A DNA stretch of 64,000 bases from an uncultured Francisellaceae bacterium (GTDB lineage Bacteria; Pseudomonadota; Gammaproteobacteria; Berkiellales; Berkiellaceae): positions 284 to 64,283 of the forward strand of contig CAYGPI010000001.1 in NCBI GenBank assembly GCA_964351745.1, written 5' to 3'. This document shows, in pieces, positions 48,009 to 56,004 of the stretch. The translations under genes and the position numbers were made by a program. Positions within the stretch are counted from its first letter, which is position 1. Each line of letters opens with the position of its first letter. The notes beneath the pieces are model-generated. The model was not told the DNA's origin. It did not search any database and saw only the letters and a program-made list of their open reading frames with translations.

Positions 48009-50447
48009 TCAGCCACTTTCAAAAAGAAACAGTAAATCCGCGCTCACTGAGCTTCTAGATGCTGATGTCTCAAGTGTCACATGTTTTCCTAATAGATAAC
48101 GAAGATGGATGGTGCTTGCCGTATCGATAATGCCCAATGAATATTCTGCATAAAGCTTGGAAGATATTTGTTTACCAACGACAAGCGCTGTATCTTCTAA
48201 CCCCGATCTGCCATCCTTGTTAGGGTTTGATTGCAACTCAAGTTTGTCAACATTAAACTGCTCATGTAGGGCAGGGCGAATATCAGTTGTTTTAGATCCA
48301 AATTGATAAAGTAATTCGTTAGCTGCTGTAAATAGAAGCTTACCTTCAGTCAGAGAGGCCGCCCTTTGTGGCTTGTCTAAAATAAGATATGAAAGAATAT
48401 CTCCTTCAGGTAGCGTTGGGGTGCTAAATAACCTTAATACGGGTGATTTCAGCGTGCCTTTTAACGTGACGCCAACCATCAATGGGCCATTATGAATGAT
48501 GGTTGGATCAAAGTAGTCTTTCGTATTGCTTACTTGGGCTGTGTGTTTAATGTGACGTTGCCCTTTGATATCTAAAGCAGGGTTCGTTAAAGGTGAGTCT
48601 GCAAAAACAAGTTGGGCTTTTGTTAGCTCTAGTTTTTTTCCTCGAGTTTTATAAGTGCCATCGACTAGTTGTATTTTGCCTGTTGCTTTCATCGGATGGT
48701 TTGGTGCGTTTTTTAATTGGAGGCTTCCTTTCAAACGCGTATCTAACCCAAACCCTTTAAAGTGAACTTGATTTCCTAAAGTGATTTTTATGTTGCTATG
48801 TAATGTGGCAAAAGGTTTGGCAACTTCCGAGTGTGGTTGGATAGCGGTACTTTTCTTGCTATGTACGATGACAACATCAGGGGAAACATTAACAGAGTTA
48901 TTAAGTTGCTCAATGTGGATGTGAGCTTCGTCGATACTCATATCTCCAGAAAGATTGGCTTGGCCTTGCTTTAACTGAAGAAGAAGGTTCGGTGATGCCT
49001 TGATGAAGTACTCTGGTGTTTGGCTCAGTAAGAGATCTTGTCCTGTCAATTGCAACGAAACATCGGGCAAAAACTCTTTGATGGAGCCTTTCCCTTTGAT
49101 CGCAAACGCGCCACCCCCTAAAGTGCCAGATCCATGGATATTAAATTGGCCTAAATTTTCTTGTGAGACATGTATCGAATGGAGCTGCAAGTCGGTTGCT
49201 AAGGATTTTAAGGGTATGAATAATTGGTTGATAGTGCCTTCTGTTTTCAAGATAGGCTTGGAAAGACTCCCTGTAAACTGAATGCTAGCTTTGGCAGAGC
49301 CTTTTAAAGCGCTTACTTCAGGAGAGAATAGATTGAGAAAGGATAGATTTTTGAGCGTAGCTGTTAAATGCCCATTCAAAGCATAAGACTGGCTGGGGTT
49401 GACTCTCCAAAACCCGGTGATTTCATTGTTATCTTGGGTTTTTAAGTCCAAGGCTGCAGTCCATAATTTATTTTTACACAATGATATCTCACCAGAGATC
49501 TGTGGCATGGAGCCAACCGTCGGGTGTTGCCAATGCGTAGGCTTGATGATAATTTTGCAACTTTTCTCATCGATCTGCGCTTTGGTGCCAATTTTTATTT
49601 TTTGGCCGTGATGCTCTGCGCTAAATTCAGTGGTGAGCTGAGTTAATTGTCCTTTTGTGCTTAAACGTAATTGGTCAACAGCTGTGCCAAGGTATACAAG
49701 ATGTGATGAGTCGATGGTCGCGCTTAGATAGGTGCTTTCGAACCATCGGGCCTGATCAGCAATACTTAGAGTGCCCCTTCCTTTCATGTTACCTTTTAAG
49801 TGTTTTGACCAGACAGACAGATCGTCAATAGACAAATCAAAATGGGCTTTAAGCGAATGGTCTCCTTCTAAAGAAATTTGCCCAAACTGTCCTTGTAATA
49901 GCAAAGAGAGTGAGCTGGATAGACCTTTCTTACTAGCATTACTAAAATTGAACTTCTCAATCTTGATCGGGGAGGATGATTTGATCAAGATATCAGTCGC
50001 ACTGAGCTTATGAACTTTAAGGTGTTGCTTCAAGGGAAGAAATTTTTGATGGATCTCTTGTAGCGATGGGGCTTCATTTAAATCGGAAAATGCCTCATGG
50101 GATGAGTTTAATGGCTGGAAAACCACATGCTCTATATTCAGGAATTTAAAATGGATAATTTGGTTTAATAAAGGTTTTAAGTCCCATTGGAGCCGAAGTG
50201 ATCCAATGTCCATGACAAAGTCTTTGTGCTTAATCTTTACGTGCTCAAAGCTTAATGGGCCAGCCATATAGCCTTGAGCTTGCTTATATTCGATAGTATA
50301 TGGCGTGAGGGTATTTAGCGTACCAATAGTCCAACGAAGCCCCATAGAGGTAGCAAGCCAAAACCACAGGCATACGGTTACCGTACCGATAATCAGGATG
50401 CATTTTAAACCTGTTTTAAGCATGTGAGAGACTATGAGTTTTTGCAT
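48009..50447 (-). CDS. tamB: Translocation and assembly module subunit TamB (DUF490), short form
   Basis: N-terminal signal-anchor, long beta-rich body, and a C-terminal DUF490-type end (VVGKQISSKLYAEYSLGI...LRYLLGKHVTLETSAS). About 812 aa from the ATG at 50445-50447, shorter than the 1259-aa E. coli TamB. Confidence 0.8.
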   Translation of the reverse strand: MQKLIVSHMLKTGLKCILIIGTVTVCLWFWLATSMGLRWTIGTLNTLTPYTIEYKQAQGYMAGPLSFEHVKIKHKDFVMDIGSLRLQWDLKPLLNQIIHFKFLNIEHVVFQPLNSSHEAFSDLNEAPSLQEIHQKFLPLKQHLKVHKLSATDILIKSSSPIKIEKFNFSNASKKGLSSSLSLLLQGQFGQISLEGDHSLKAHFDLSIDDLSVWSKHLKGNMKGRGTLSIADQARWFESTYLSATIDSSHLVYLGTAVDQLRLSTKGQLTQLTTEFSAEHHGQKIKIGTKAQIDEKSCKIIIKPTHWQHPTVGSMPQISGEISLCKNKLWTAALDLKTQDNNEITGFWRVNPSQSYALNGHLTATLKNLSFLNLFSPEVSALKGSAKASIQFTGSLSKPILKTEGTINQLFIPLKSLATDLQLHSIHVSQENLGQFNIHGSGTLGGGAFAIKGKGSIKEFLPDVSLQLTGQDLLLSQTPEYFIKASPNLLLQLKQGQANLSGDMSIDEAHIHIEQLNNSVNVSPDVVIVHSKKSTAIQPHSEVAKPFATLHSNIKITLGNQVHFKGFGLDTRLKGSLQLKNAPNHPMKATGKIQLVDGTYKTRGKKLELTKAQLVFADSPLTNPALDIKGQRHIKHTAQVSNTKDYFDPTIIHNGPLMVGVTLKGTLKSPVLRLFSTPTLPEGDILSYLILDKPQRAASLTEGKLLFTAANELLYQFGSKTTDIRPALHEQFNVDKLELQSNPNKDGRSGLEDTALVVGKQISSKLYAEYSLGIIDTASTIHLRYLLGKHVTLETSASRSSVSADLLFLFESG

Positions 50448-50572
50448 ATGGCTACGTTTGCAGTGAAGACCCGGCATTATAATGGATCTAATTTGAAGAA
50501 TCATTATTAGAAGGTTAACTGACATCTTGACACCTCATGATGCCAGTTAACATATACGATAAGGTTTGGTCT

Positions 50573-52447
50573 TTATTGCTTATACCTTATTGGCTTGGTA
50601 CTTTTGCGTTTAGGTTTCTCTTCGTTGAGAGTCGCTATAGGTTCCTGATGAAGCTGGCGTTTAAAATGATGGACGATTGCTTCATGAGCTTCTAAGTGCT
50701 CTTCTTTTTTTCCGAATTTTTTAGGTTGGCTTTGCACTTCTTTGTCTAAAGAAGGTTTGTCCGTAAGCAGGCCAATAATAGCTTTGATTCTAAGTAAGGA
50801 CTCACTGATTTGCTCTGGATCAAGTGAGATGCTGAGTCTTAGGTTTGGGAAATCAAAGCAATGATTAAGTTCACCTGGTATGGTGTTGAGATCGCTTAAG
50901 CAGTAAAAAGCATTTCTAAAATCTAAGCTAGACTCAAGCTTGACGTTACCCAAATACTTTCCTTTTGATTTAGAAAAGTCTAATAGAACAAATTGAGTGC
51001 CTTCAGGTAAGGTTGTTAATGAGACACCCTCTATACCCTCAAGTAGTAAAGCTTGAAATTTCTTAGCCATTGGCTTTTTGCCAATGACAATGCCTTTTAC
51101 GTAGCTCTGTACTTGTTCTTTCATTTTTGGGTCACTAACATTGTCGATACCACAGATAGCAGCATGTACAAAATTGCGCCTTGCTAAATATTCATCTCTA
51201 ACTTCTTCTAAATAGCTGTCTCTAGATTTTTTAGGCATATTGAGGATTGCCGATATGGCGACTTGCGTGTAGATCCCAACAGTATTTAAAGACTCGAATA
51301 TCTTGTGTCCAAGTTTTTTGATGAATTTTTTGTTACCTAGAATGATGCCAGCTCGTACAGCAGCAATGCCAAAATCTTTTGAAAAGCTTAAAAGAGTAAC
51401 GGTTTGGTCGGCGGCCTTGCTTTTTGCAAAAGTGCCAGGTTTGAATTTAGTGAAATATAAATTTCGATGAGATATATCATCAATGATTTTAATATGCCTT
51501 TTTTGTAAGACTTCGGCTAAAACTTCTATATCTGAGTCTTTAAGAATTTTTCCTGTTGGTGTATGCGGGTTAATGTTGAAAAATGCTCTAATAGTAGGGC
51601 ATTGAGGAATGAGTAGGCTTTCTTTGAAATTCGGACTTAGTGCCTTGTAGGCTTGTGTTTGTTTCGTTTTAATGTTGAGCAATCTGACTAGTTGGTTCGC
51701 TCCTTTGGTTGATTGCGATAGCTCCGTGAGGACGCTCTTAATATCTTTGGCAAGATGAGGAGCGATGCTTGCTAAGGCGCTTAAATCTGATGAGTACGAC
51801 TTTTTTATGATCTTTTTCTCTTGAGCGATGAGTCGTTTTAACTGCTTCGAGTTCACTTTATAGTCATTATCTTTGGAAAGCGGTAACGCTAAAATTTGTC
51901 CACCGGCACTGATGATTGGCTCTAAAAGCAAACCGTAGGTGGGGGTGGGTACGATAACTCGATCCCCTTTTGTTTTTATTAAGGTTTGCATCGTTAGATG
52001 AAAAAGAGGATGTGTTCCAAAGCTCGGTATGGCATATAAGGTTTTGCTTGGGTTGTCAGGCGCATTAGCATCATGCCCAAGCTTAAAATTTTGAGGAATG
52101 ATGTCTTCTTCGATGCAGTATTTTTCGAGATCTTTGATTTCTTCAGGTGAAAACTCGCAGGATGCATAATCAACCAGGTCTTCCTCTCTCACTTCGCTTA
52201 ATGCTTTTGAAATGTCCTCTGGAGGAATAAATCCGCTTCCACCGGCAGAGCCATCAATAGAGTCTTTTATGAGGTGTTTATAAAAAAGCCTTGTTAACTG
52301 TGAACCTTCACCGCTCAGCCAAGCTGCTTTAGTGGCTCTTAGTTTGTCCATGCTCGAGGCACCCTTGAGCATGGACAAACCATACTGTTGATGGAAACGG
52401 TGAAAGTTAACCAGTGAGCCTATAACTGGCTGGGTAAATTTTAGCAT
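50573..52447 (-). CDS. Expanded class I/II aminotransferase-fold (PLP-dependent) protein
   Basis: Core motifs NINPHTPTGK (NPxNPTG-like) and LLSFSKDFGIAAVRAGIILG (SxSK PLP-lysine block). Extra elements are a ~130-aa N-terminal extension, an internal insertion, and a ~60-aa Lys/Glu-rich C-terminal tail. DDISH stands where DE.Y is usual. Confidence 0.7.
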   Translation of the reverse strand: MLKFTQPVIGSLVNFHRFHQQYGLSMLKGASSMDKLRATKAAWLSGEGSQLTRLFYKHLIKDSIDGSAGGSGFIPPEDISKALSEVREEDLVDYASCEFSPEEIKDLEKYCIEEDIIPQNFKLGHDANAPDNPSKTLYAIPSFGTHPLFHLTMQTLIKTKGDRVIVPTPTYGLLLEPIISAGGQILALPLSKDNDYKVNSKQLKRLIAQEKKIIKKSYSSDLSALASIAPHLAKDIKSVLTELSQSTKGANQLVRLLNIKTKQTQAYKALSPNFKESLLIPQCPTIRAFFNINPHTPTGKILKDSDIEVLAEVLQKRHIKIIDDISHRNLYFTKFKPGTFAKSKAADQTVTLLSFSKDFGIAAVRAGIILGNKKFIKKLGHKIFESLNTVGIYTQVAISAILNMPKKSRDSYLEEVRDEYLARRNFVHAAICGIDNVSDPKMKEQVQSYVKGIVIGKKPMAKKFQALLLEGIEGVSLTTLPEGTQFVLLDFSKSKGKYLGNVKLESSLDFRNAFYCLSDLNTIPGELNHCFDFPNLRLSISLDPEQISESLLRIKAIIGLLTDKPSLDKEVQSQPKKFGKKEEHLEAHEAIVHHFKRQLHQEPIATLNEEKPKRKSTKPIRYKQ

Positions 52448-52651
52448 GAAGTATTTATCTCGACCTGACTATATTAGGCAGCATGATAACCGAAACAGAG
52501 GAAGTGTTATACTTTGTAGGCTAATTTATTGATTTTCACAGAATTAAAGTTATTTAACTTGTTTGAAATTATGCATGAAAGCTTTTGTCTCCTATTAGGC
52601 CCGTTTGTCTTAATCGTTTCGACTGGCTTCCCAGCTTGCTTGTAACCCTAA

Positions 52652-52718
52652 TATCTTCATTTTCTCTTAACACAATAAAGGTTTATCTTATGTGACATTC
52701 TATTATTGGTGTTTTTAC
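52652..52718 (+). repeat. Decayed duplicate of the 5' UTR and first codons of the gene at 53600
   Basis: About 90 percent identical by hand alignment (7 mismatches in 67 nt, no gaps) to 53562..53628. The ATG at 52690 is followed immediately by TGA, where the intact copy has TTA. Confidence 0.8.
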
Positions 52719-52737
52719 CCTACAAAAGGGATGTCCC

Positions 52738-52766
52738 TTTCTTTTCTTTCTTTTCTTTCTTTTCTT
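52738..52766 (+). repeat. Tandem 9-mer repeat (TTTCTTTTC) x3.2
   Basis: Read directly: tttcttttc tttcttttc tttcttttc tt. Lies 20 nt downstream of the duplicated segment. Confidence 0.9.
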
Positions 52767-52938
52767 AAGATGTTAAATCTAAGGTTGGCGTCTCTGTGAT
52801 ATACCGCCGTCTGTCCCTAATAAAACGCCGTTAGTAGAAAAAGCTAGATATCAGAGGAAGTTATACCCGGGAAATGTTGTAAATTTAACTAACTTTTGGT
52901 ATTGTAGGCATAGTTTAACGAAATCAAGGGGCAAAATT

Positions 52939-53307
52939 ATGACAACAATTAACTCAAATCCACTCATCTATGTTTTAAATCTATTTTTAAATCCATATGG
53001 ACGCATTGGCCGAGCTAGCTATGCGCTAGGTATGGCCGTGCTCTTAATAGCACATTTATTATGTAACCATATCAATATAAATGTATATTCTTTGATCTTC
53101 ATGGCTCCAGTAGTTATTCTTTCTATCAAGAGACTCCACGATCAAGGCTTTTCAGGATTTGTGTCTCTATTACTGTTTGTTCCTATCATTAACATAGGAA
53201 TTTTGATGATGTGTGTATTTTGTGAAGGTTTTATTGACACAAATCAATATGGCAAAAGCGATAACCTAGGAAGTAAAATTAAAAAATCTATGCTAGAAAA
53301 CAGTTAA
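52939..53307 (+). CDS. DUF805 family inner membrane protein
   Basis: 122 aa. GRIGRASYA...SIKRLHDQGFSGF..LLLFVPIIN is the DUF805 (YhaH/YhaI-like) signature. Confidence 0.8.
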   Translation: MTTINSNPLIYVLNLFLNPYGRIGRASYALGMAVLLIAHLLCNHININVYSLIFMAPVVILSIKRLHDQGFSGFVSLLLFVPIINIGILMMCVFCEGFIDTNQYGKSDNLGSKIKKSMLENS

Positions 53308-53561
53308 GATTATACTCTTTCTAAGAGATCACAATAGACTAAAAAGGCCCTACTTATTATGTAAGGCTTTTTATTTGTGAAAGCTTTGTCATTTTAAAAG
53401 CATCCTTGACACCCATGTTTGTATTCACGATATAAACAATAATAACCCCTCAAACTAAGAGTTTTATTGATAGAGAAATAAGACTAAAAACCATTCATCT
53501 GTTATTTGGCTCTTTGGTCACAAGTTTGTTGTTTAACTTTTATGGTTGCTTATAATCAAAT

Positions 53562-53628
53562 TATCTTCTTTTTCACTTAACACTATAAAGGTTTATTTTA
53601 TGTTACATTCTATTTTTGGTGCTTTTAC
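53562..53628 (+). repeat. Intact copy of the duplicated 5' segment (leader plus codons 1-10 of the 53600 gene)
   Basis: See 52652..52718. A possible promoter (TTGTTT-N16-TATAAT, with TATAAT at 53551-53556) lies just upstream of the repeat boundary. Confidence 0.8.
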
Positions 53629-54133
53629 AGATTATTTTGCTCCTGAAGTTGTCCAGTTAACGACTGCTCAAATGCTTCAAGAGTTTGCTTCAACTTATGC
53701 TACAGAGCTAGCCGTAGTAGGAACTGGAGCAGCTTTGCTTTCGACCTATGCCTGTTATGGAAAAAGTCGAACAGTCACTCCAGGGTTTGATAGCTCTGTC
53801 GCTGAAGTTGTAGCTACAGCTGCACCTTTAACTGCTTTACAAATGGCATTGCAAGGATTGAGTTCAGAAGTTCTTTCAAATGAGCGCAAACAAGCTCTTA
53901 TTGATTTACCATTTAGCAAAATGAGCTCGGTCAAAGGGTTTACAGCTGATAACTTTGAAGATAAAAAACTTCAGCTTGTTGCACTATTGAAAATGGACAG
54001 CACAGAATCACAATATATCAGGGTTACGAATATAGCTGAAAGCACCATGAATCCTGAGCGTACGATGATAAAATGTTTGCAAACGATGAGCAAGCAAAAT
54101 CACTCTGTTCATACGGCAAGCATGAAACAGTAA
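53600..54133 (+). CDS. Hypothetical protein (177 aa)
   Basis: The ATG at 53600 is supported by the duplicated copy, which retains the same ATG context. No signal peptide. One hydrophobic segment (ELAVVGTGAALLSTYA). No family recognised. Confidence 0.5.
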   Translation: MLHSIFGAFTDYFAPEVVQLTTAQMLQEFASTYATELAVVGTGAALLSTYACYGKSRTVTPGFDSSVAEVVATAAPLTALQMALQGLSSEVLSNERKQALIDLPFSKMSSVKGFTADNFEDKKLQLVALLKMDSTESQYIRVTNIAESTMNPERTMIKCLQTMSKQNHSVHTASMKQ

Positions 54134-54153
54134 ACAGCTTAAACTGTATTAAG

Positions 54154-54182
54154 AAGGGCGCCAAAGTATGGCGCCTTTTTTT
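54154..54182 (+). terminator. Rho-independent terminator
   Basis: GGCGCC ... GGCGCC stem with AA/TT extension, 7-nt loop, followed by T7. Lies between the 53600 gene (+) and the tamA 3' end (-). Confidence 0.7.
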
Positions 54183-54255
54183 GTTGGTCAATGTAATGTT
54201 GTTTGATTCTATGGTTTATCGTTGCTGCATCTGGGTTGCTCTCGTGAGCCTAAAG

Positions 54256-56004
54256 CTAAATCTGAGGGCCAAAACTAAAGTGCAGGCGCCAAACTTCAGC
54301 CCCACTGCTAAGTGGTTTAGCCAGATCAAGTTTCAACGGCCCAATAGGGGTTTCCCAACGTAGGCCAAAGCCAGCTGATAGTTGCCAATCGTCTTTAATA
54401 TCTCTAAAGGCACTACCCCCATCGACAAAAACAGCGCCTTTTAATGGGCCAAATAAAGTATGATTATATTCGAGACTAGCAAGCGCCAAATAGCCGCCTC
54501 CTACTGGTTTTAGCTGACCTTCATCATCTATTTCAAATGGCAAGGAGCGATACCTAAAGCCCCTGAGACTATCAATCCCACCGGCATAGAATCGCACGCT
54601 TAAAGGAAGCTTGTCGATGTCGTCAGGAAGGGTAAAACCTAGCTCTGTTTTTGCAATGAACGTCCCGTGTGTTGAAAGCCCTTTTAACCATTTATATTGA
54701 AGGTAAAATTGAATAAAATCAGCATCCGAAAAAAGCGCGTCAACACCTCCTCGGACAAAGAATTCAGCTTTATAGCCATTTCGAGGGTTAGCCATATTAT
54801 CAAGTTTAGATTTGCTTAATCGCAAGCTTGGTAACACAAAAGTGGCGTGCTCCTGGCGTTGGTCGCTATCTCTAAATGTTTCGTTTAAATAACGAATAGC
54901 AATGGTTCGTTTAAGGTCCCAAATTTCTCGGGTTTCACTAAGCTCAAAAGTATAAAGCTCAGAAGGCTTGTCCCTATATTCATCATCGGCATAGCCAAAA
55001 GTAATGCGGTAATTATCAACCCATGGCTTTTGGCCTGGTATAATATAGGATGCATCTAATAGGGTGTCTTTTTCAGACAATTTAAACTGGCTTTTAAATT
55101 GGTGACCTTGAGGATTGATTTTTCGACGATCCCATCCAAGTCGAAGCCTCGAACGTGTATTAGTGTCGTAGCCAATCCCTATTAAATATCGGTTGGCAGG
55201 CGCATCTTTTAAAGTCACTGTCAGGGGAGTAACGGATGATTGCTCTGTGACTGTTGGAGAAATATCAACGCTTTTAAATAAGCCGCTTTGCATCAATTTG
55301 CTTTCGAAATCGACAAGCGTTTCTAGTCTGTATGGTTGGTCAGCTTCAAATTGGGTAAACCTAGATAGAAAGGCTTCGTGATAATAAGGGGTCTTGAATG
55401 TAACAGGGCCAAAAGTATATTGAGGTCCCGTTTCCAACTCAAGCGTGATATCTGCAAGATGAGTACTGAGATCAACCGCCACTTGATGGGTTTTGAAGTA
55501 AGCTTGAATATAACCTTCTTGATAAGCTTTTTGTTGTAGTTGACCTTTGCCTTTCTCGTATAAATCATGGTCGAAAATATCCCCAGGCTTTAGAATAAAG
55601 TAGGTTGATAACTTTTTAAGATTGGGGTTAGATAGACCAGCGCCTAATAGCTTAAAATTGATGTCATCAACAAGCGTGGGCTCGTTGAGTGTAACAGAAT
55701 AATTGAGAGTCACGCTTTCAGGGCCTTCCATGATTTGGCTATCTATGGTCGCGTGATAATACCCGTAGGGTTGAACCGCTGCTTGTATTTCATCATGGGC
55801 TCGTCGATGAAGCAGTTGGATTTGAGTTAAGGTTAAATCTCTATCCCCGGTTGTTTGATTTAAACTCAGGTGAGCCTCAATATTTTGTTTGATTTTGTCA
55901 TCAACACCAAAAATATTTAATTCAATTTGCAGGCCAAAGCTCCATGGTGCCCAGCAGAGACTAAGCACGACGAGGCCTATTTTAAAGTTACTTAGGATTT
56001 TCAA
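54256..56004 (-). CDS. tamA: Translocation and assembly module outer-membrane subunit TamA (Omp85 family)
   Basis: Signal peptide, POTRA-like N-terminal repeats, and a C-terminal Omp85 barrel (RFYAGGIDSLRGFRYRSL ... GFGLRWETPIGPLKLDLA). The TTG start at 56002-56004 overlaps the ABC ATPase gene by 17 nt. Confidence 0.88.
   Translation of the reverse strand: MKILSNFKIGLVVLSLCWAPWSFGLQIELNIFGVDDKIKQNIEAHLSLNQTTGDRDLTLTQIQLLHRRAHDEIQAAVQPYGYYHATIDSQIMEGPESVTLNYSVTLNEPTLVDDINFKLLGAGLSNPNLKKLSTYFILKPGDIFDHDLYEKGKGQLQQKAYQEGYIQAYFKTHQVAVDLSTHLADITLELETGPQYTFGPVTFKTPYYHEAFLSRFTQFEADQPYRLETLVDFESKLMQSGLFKSVDISPTVTEQSSVTPLTVTLKDAPANRYLIGIGYDTNTRSRLRLGWDRRKINPQGHQFKSQFKLSEKDTLLDASYIIPGQKPWVDNYRITFGYADDEYRDKPSELYTFELSETREIWDLKRTIAIRYLNETFRDSDQRQEHATFVLPSLRLSKSKLDNMANPRNGYKAEFFVRGGVDALFSDADFIQFYLQYKWLKGLSTHGTFIAKTELGFTLPDDIDKLPLSVRFYAGGIDSLRGFRYRSLPFEIDDEGQLKPVGGGYLALASLEYNHTLFGPLKGAVFVDGGSAFRDIKDDWQLSAGFGLRWETPIGPLKLDLAKPLSSGAEVWRLHFSFGPQI

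Noticed and set aside
52738-52766. Possible CRISPR or minisatellite array
   Set aside because: There are only three copies of a 9-mer with no spacers. This is not a CRISPR array. It is reported only as a simple tandem repeat.
50573-54255. Mobile element, integrase or IS responsible for the tamA/tamB insertion
   Set aside because: No transposase- or integrase-like ORF, tRNA gene or long terminal inverted repeat was seen in or around the insertion. Only short direct repeats were found.
54073-54363. Track ORF 54073..54363 (+), spanning the terminator and the tamA 3' end
   Set aside because: It overlaps the end of the 53600 gene, a strong terminator and the tamA coding region on the opposite strand. 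Its product is low-complexity.
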